A stretch of 63,786 bases of DNA, counting the filler, from Basidioascus undulatus (Eukaryota): NCBI GenBank assembly GCA_000826855.1. It is 6 parts of 6 records of this genome, joined end to end, with 100 filler letters (N's around TTAATTAATTAA, not from the genome) between each part and the next. Parts side by side here need not be neighbours in the genome. Positions count along the whole stretch, not along the records: positions 60,943 to 63,786 come from JTLS01002622.1; 5 more parts are not named here. One strand, 5' to 3'. The notes under the pieces are model-generated. The model searched no databases. It saw nothing but the letters and a program-made list of their open reading frames with translations, and was not told the origin of the DNA. Shown piece by piece: positions 60,943-63,786 of this stretch. A program made the position numbers and the translations under genes. The number at the start of each line of letters is the position of its first letter. Positions within the stretch are counted from its first letter, which is position 1.

Positions 60943-62815
60943 CCCCTCCCCTACCCCCCCCTGCCCCTCTTCTTTCTCACCCAAATCAAGCCCCCACACC
61001 TTTACTCCTCCCAAAGTACTCCTTCTGCCCCTCCACCCCCACCTCCCAATCTGCATAAGGGAACGGCGTGCTAACGTGCACGAGCTTCCCGTCGACGCAT
61101 GAGGCAGGCGGGGACGGCTTGGGAAGGCGGATGTGGAGGGTGGTTCGTGCAGGTGGGGAGGGATTGGTGCATGGAAGTTGAGACAGCTGGAGAAGGGGAG
61201 GAAGTTCAGCGGCTTGTGAGGATGCAGAGATGGGTGAGAAGAGGGGACGTACCTCCTCGACTGAGAGGTTAGAGCCAGAGACCCGCTCGAACGAGTTTAC
61301 CCGCGAGAGGCGCCCCTTGAGTCTCGGGGGGCGTGGGAGGGGAGCGGAGGAAAGGGAGAGCGGGGAGTGCAGTGTGAGGTGGTGCGCGTGTGGTGAGGGG
61401 CGCCGGGCGTGCTGTGCAGGCTGAGACGGGTGGATGGCGGTCGACATTGCGGCTGCGTCTTGTTATTGAGAGGGCTTGTTGTAGCTCGGCGCTGTTTCGA
61501 GTGCAGCCGCGATGCGAGATAAGATGGGGGGGATCTTTCAGCCTGTATCTGTCCAGGGCCGGCTGCCCTTTATACATCCTCACCCTTCGGCCTTGGCAGT
61601 CAGCACTGCCAAGAACGGTTGACTCAGTAAATACTAGAACGTCCTCCAAGTCCTGAGAGTCCGAGTCCGAGGAGTACACGCGTTCAGCTGAGCGAGCGCC
61701 GAGCCATCTCGGCCGGCAAGATCTCCGCCGAGGCCGAGCTTGAGTCGCGAGCCCGAGATCGCTGACTGTCGTGCTCGCCCGCCGCTAACTGGCACTGCAA
61801 TGCAAGAGAGAACGCCAAGCTCTGCTGAAGACACTGAACACAGTACACAGGTATGTTAAAGTGTGTTGAATAAGAAAAGGTTGAGACGATACTGTTGGAG
61901 CGTGGTCGATATGTACGGTTTCAGCCGCACGTCGTGCTGTGCAGGCATGACTCAGACATCTGGGAGTTGGTTCGCATTATTGGCCATCGGCAGCGTACAA
62001 AATACTAGGCAGCCTCCCAAGTAGTTCGAGTACATGAGATGAGCAAGCACGTAGAGTGGGCGGCGGGCAGGCCCCCACATAGGTGAAGTGTACGCGGGCG
62101 TGGCAGATTGCAAGCTCGCGCACGAGTATTGTCCTGCTAGCCACTTCGAAGGTACTGGGTGCACCCGCCATACCATCACGATACACCCTTCCCAGTGGAA
62201 ATGTTCAGCATTCGTGATCAATATTCAAGCACGACCCCAGACAAACTCGAATGCGCTTGGGGTCGCCTTGTCGTTTCCACACTGTAATTCTGACTCGGAC
62301 GAGTAAGGCGGGTAGCGTCGGCTCTAGATGTGTCGTCGAAAATACTGCAGAACGATGCTCAACCTCCCATTATCGCGGCGAACGAGGCTGAGGCGGAGAT
62401 CGCTGGCTATGCTGTGTTGTGCTCGCCGGCCGCTGACTGACTCTACTGCTGGACTCGATACGGCATCGCGGGATCTTGCACAATTGTGACGCTGTGCCTA
62501 GCAAGAACCTAGTCGAGTGTGTTCGACGCATCATTGTGGGAACTGCACGACGCAGTGCACTGAGCCGCGTGCGACCTGCGCGTTGGTATTACTGAAGCAG
62601 CGTACCACCGGAGCGCAGCATCAAACGTGTTCCTAAAAGCAGTAAGCAGTTTATCAAGTCGAGACGTACGTCCAGCCAAGGACGGAAGCCACTGCGCACA
62701 GGCAGGACACAAGCCTCGGGCACCACGGCTGGAACAACAGCTTCGCGCACAACAGCCCAAGGACTCTGACCTTCTTCGTCAATGCAACTACCCCATCCGC
62801 TCTATCGCATCCAAC

Positions 62816-63786
62816 CTACTCATCCCCGCCCCGCACCTCAACAGTCCACCAAACCGCCCTATCCGTCTCCACTTCCACAACCTCTCCGTTCAACCAATTA
62901 CTCGAACTAACCACCCCCCCAAACCCGGTCCTCTCCAATACAGGCCCACCGAGATCCCACTCGAGCCCCCTCGTCTTCACGCGCGCCCACTCTACCGCGA
63001 GGGGCAGGACCCCGCAGGTCTTCCCGAAGTGGGAGTGGGGGAGGTGGAGTGTGTGAGATGAGGGGTGGAGGACCCACGCGAGGGAGGACTCGGAGAGGAC
63101 GTAGATTGCTGAGGGCCGCGTGGGCTGCAGCTTGTGGATTTGAGAGAGGACGTGCACGGTTTGGTCGAGCCGGCCGGAGAGGCCGCCGAGGAGGAGGACC
63201 TGCGCGGCGGGAAGGGGGAAGGTGAGCGGTTGGAGGAAGGGAGGGAGGGGAAAGTAGGTACCTCGTGCGTGGGTGGGACCTCTTCGAAACACTTCATCAG
63301 GTCCGTCGAGTCCTGGCTGTGATCCTGCTTGATTTGGGCGCCCTACTCGCTCCAAACCCTCCTTCAGCTCAGCTCTCCGCCTTCGTCCCCAGCGAGAACG
63401 CACCTTCCCCTCGTAGAAAGCCCGCGTCTCATCCCGCAACGAATCCAAATCGCCCTTAATCAAATCGGGCACGAACCTGCCCTCCTCCGCCCGTCTCCCT
63501 CCTATCAGTCCCTCTCCCCTCCTCCTCCTCCCTCCGCGCAACGCACCGCCCCTCCGGATCCGCAGTCCTCAACCGATTCGCGCCCCCATCCGCGCATATC
63601 CGGGTCGCGCCTATCCTGCAGCGCCGTCCCGTGAGGGAGAGGAGGGGGAGGGAGGGGGAAGCACGCACACGAGTGCCAGAGATTCGGGAGGAGGTCGGGG
63701 CGCGTGATGGGCTGGTTGAGGATGATTAGGGTCCGGGTGGGGGCGCATATCTACCGCGAAGACAAAGGTAAGATGAAAGCAGAAGT
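62816..63786 (-). CDS. THI80: Thiamine pyrophosphokinase, 5' end outside the window
   Basis: LIILNQPI, ICADGGANRL, PDLIKGDLDSLR, QDSTDLMKC, GGLSGRLDQT, CGVLPL, TRGLEWDL and FGGVVSSSN. Confidence 0.95.

Noticed and set aside
60986..61679. Minus-strand ORFs next to the last linker
   Set aside because: This could be the 5' part of a gene, but no domain was recognised and the sequence is truncated by the gap.
62816..63786. TPP riboswitch associated with THI80
   Set aside because: I saw no CTGAGA...CCTGA/GAACCTG aptamer core in the visible introns or flanks. The 5' end is outside the window.

Overview
This is a eukaryotic fungal genomic window. Very GC-rich exons, short spliceosomal introns with GTGCGT/GTACGT/GTGAGT donors, and the gene content suggest a basidiomycete, possibly Pucciniomycotina-like. 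It consists of six contigs joined by five artificial 100-nt N44-TTAATTAATTAA-N44 linkers, so adjacency across linkers is unverified. Most entries in the ORF track are intron-broken or antisense shadows, so I spliced the genes by hand. Contig 1 holds a StuA-like APSES transcription factor (TF), a divergent Zn2Cys6 TF, an intron-containing tRNA-Val(CAC), a vWA protein, a DHA2-type MFS transporter, an SLH1/ASCC3 helicase, a BNA3-like aminotransferase and the 3' end of SKI8/WDR61. Contig 2 holds KEL3/KLHDC4. Contig 3 holds SSD1/Dis3L2-like, a hypothetical gene, RPL6, CK2-beta, a SAM methyltransferase, RPL36, COX9 and a DUF89 phosphatase. Contig 4 holds PHO81, contig 5 only unclassified sequence, and contig 6 THI80. 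I cannot demonstrate a new biological system. The best leads are at the RNA level: extreme micro-exons (a probable 3-nt exon and two 6-nt exons in conserved motifs), oversized structured introns in COX9 and the APSES gene, and a probable RPL6 5'-UTR intron with a ~210-nt AG-free zone. At the protein level, the Ssd1 homolog keeps the nuclease catalytic signature and the Slh1 homolog has a degenerate, truncated second cassette.
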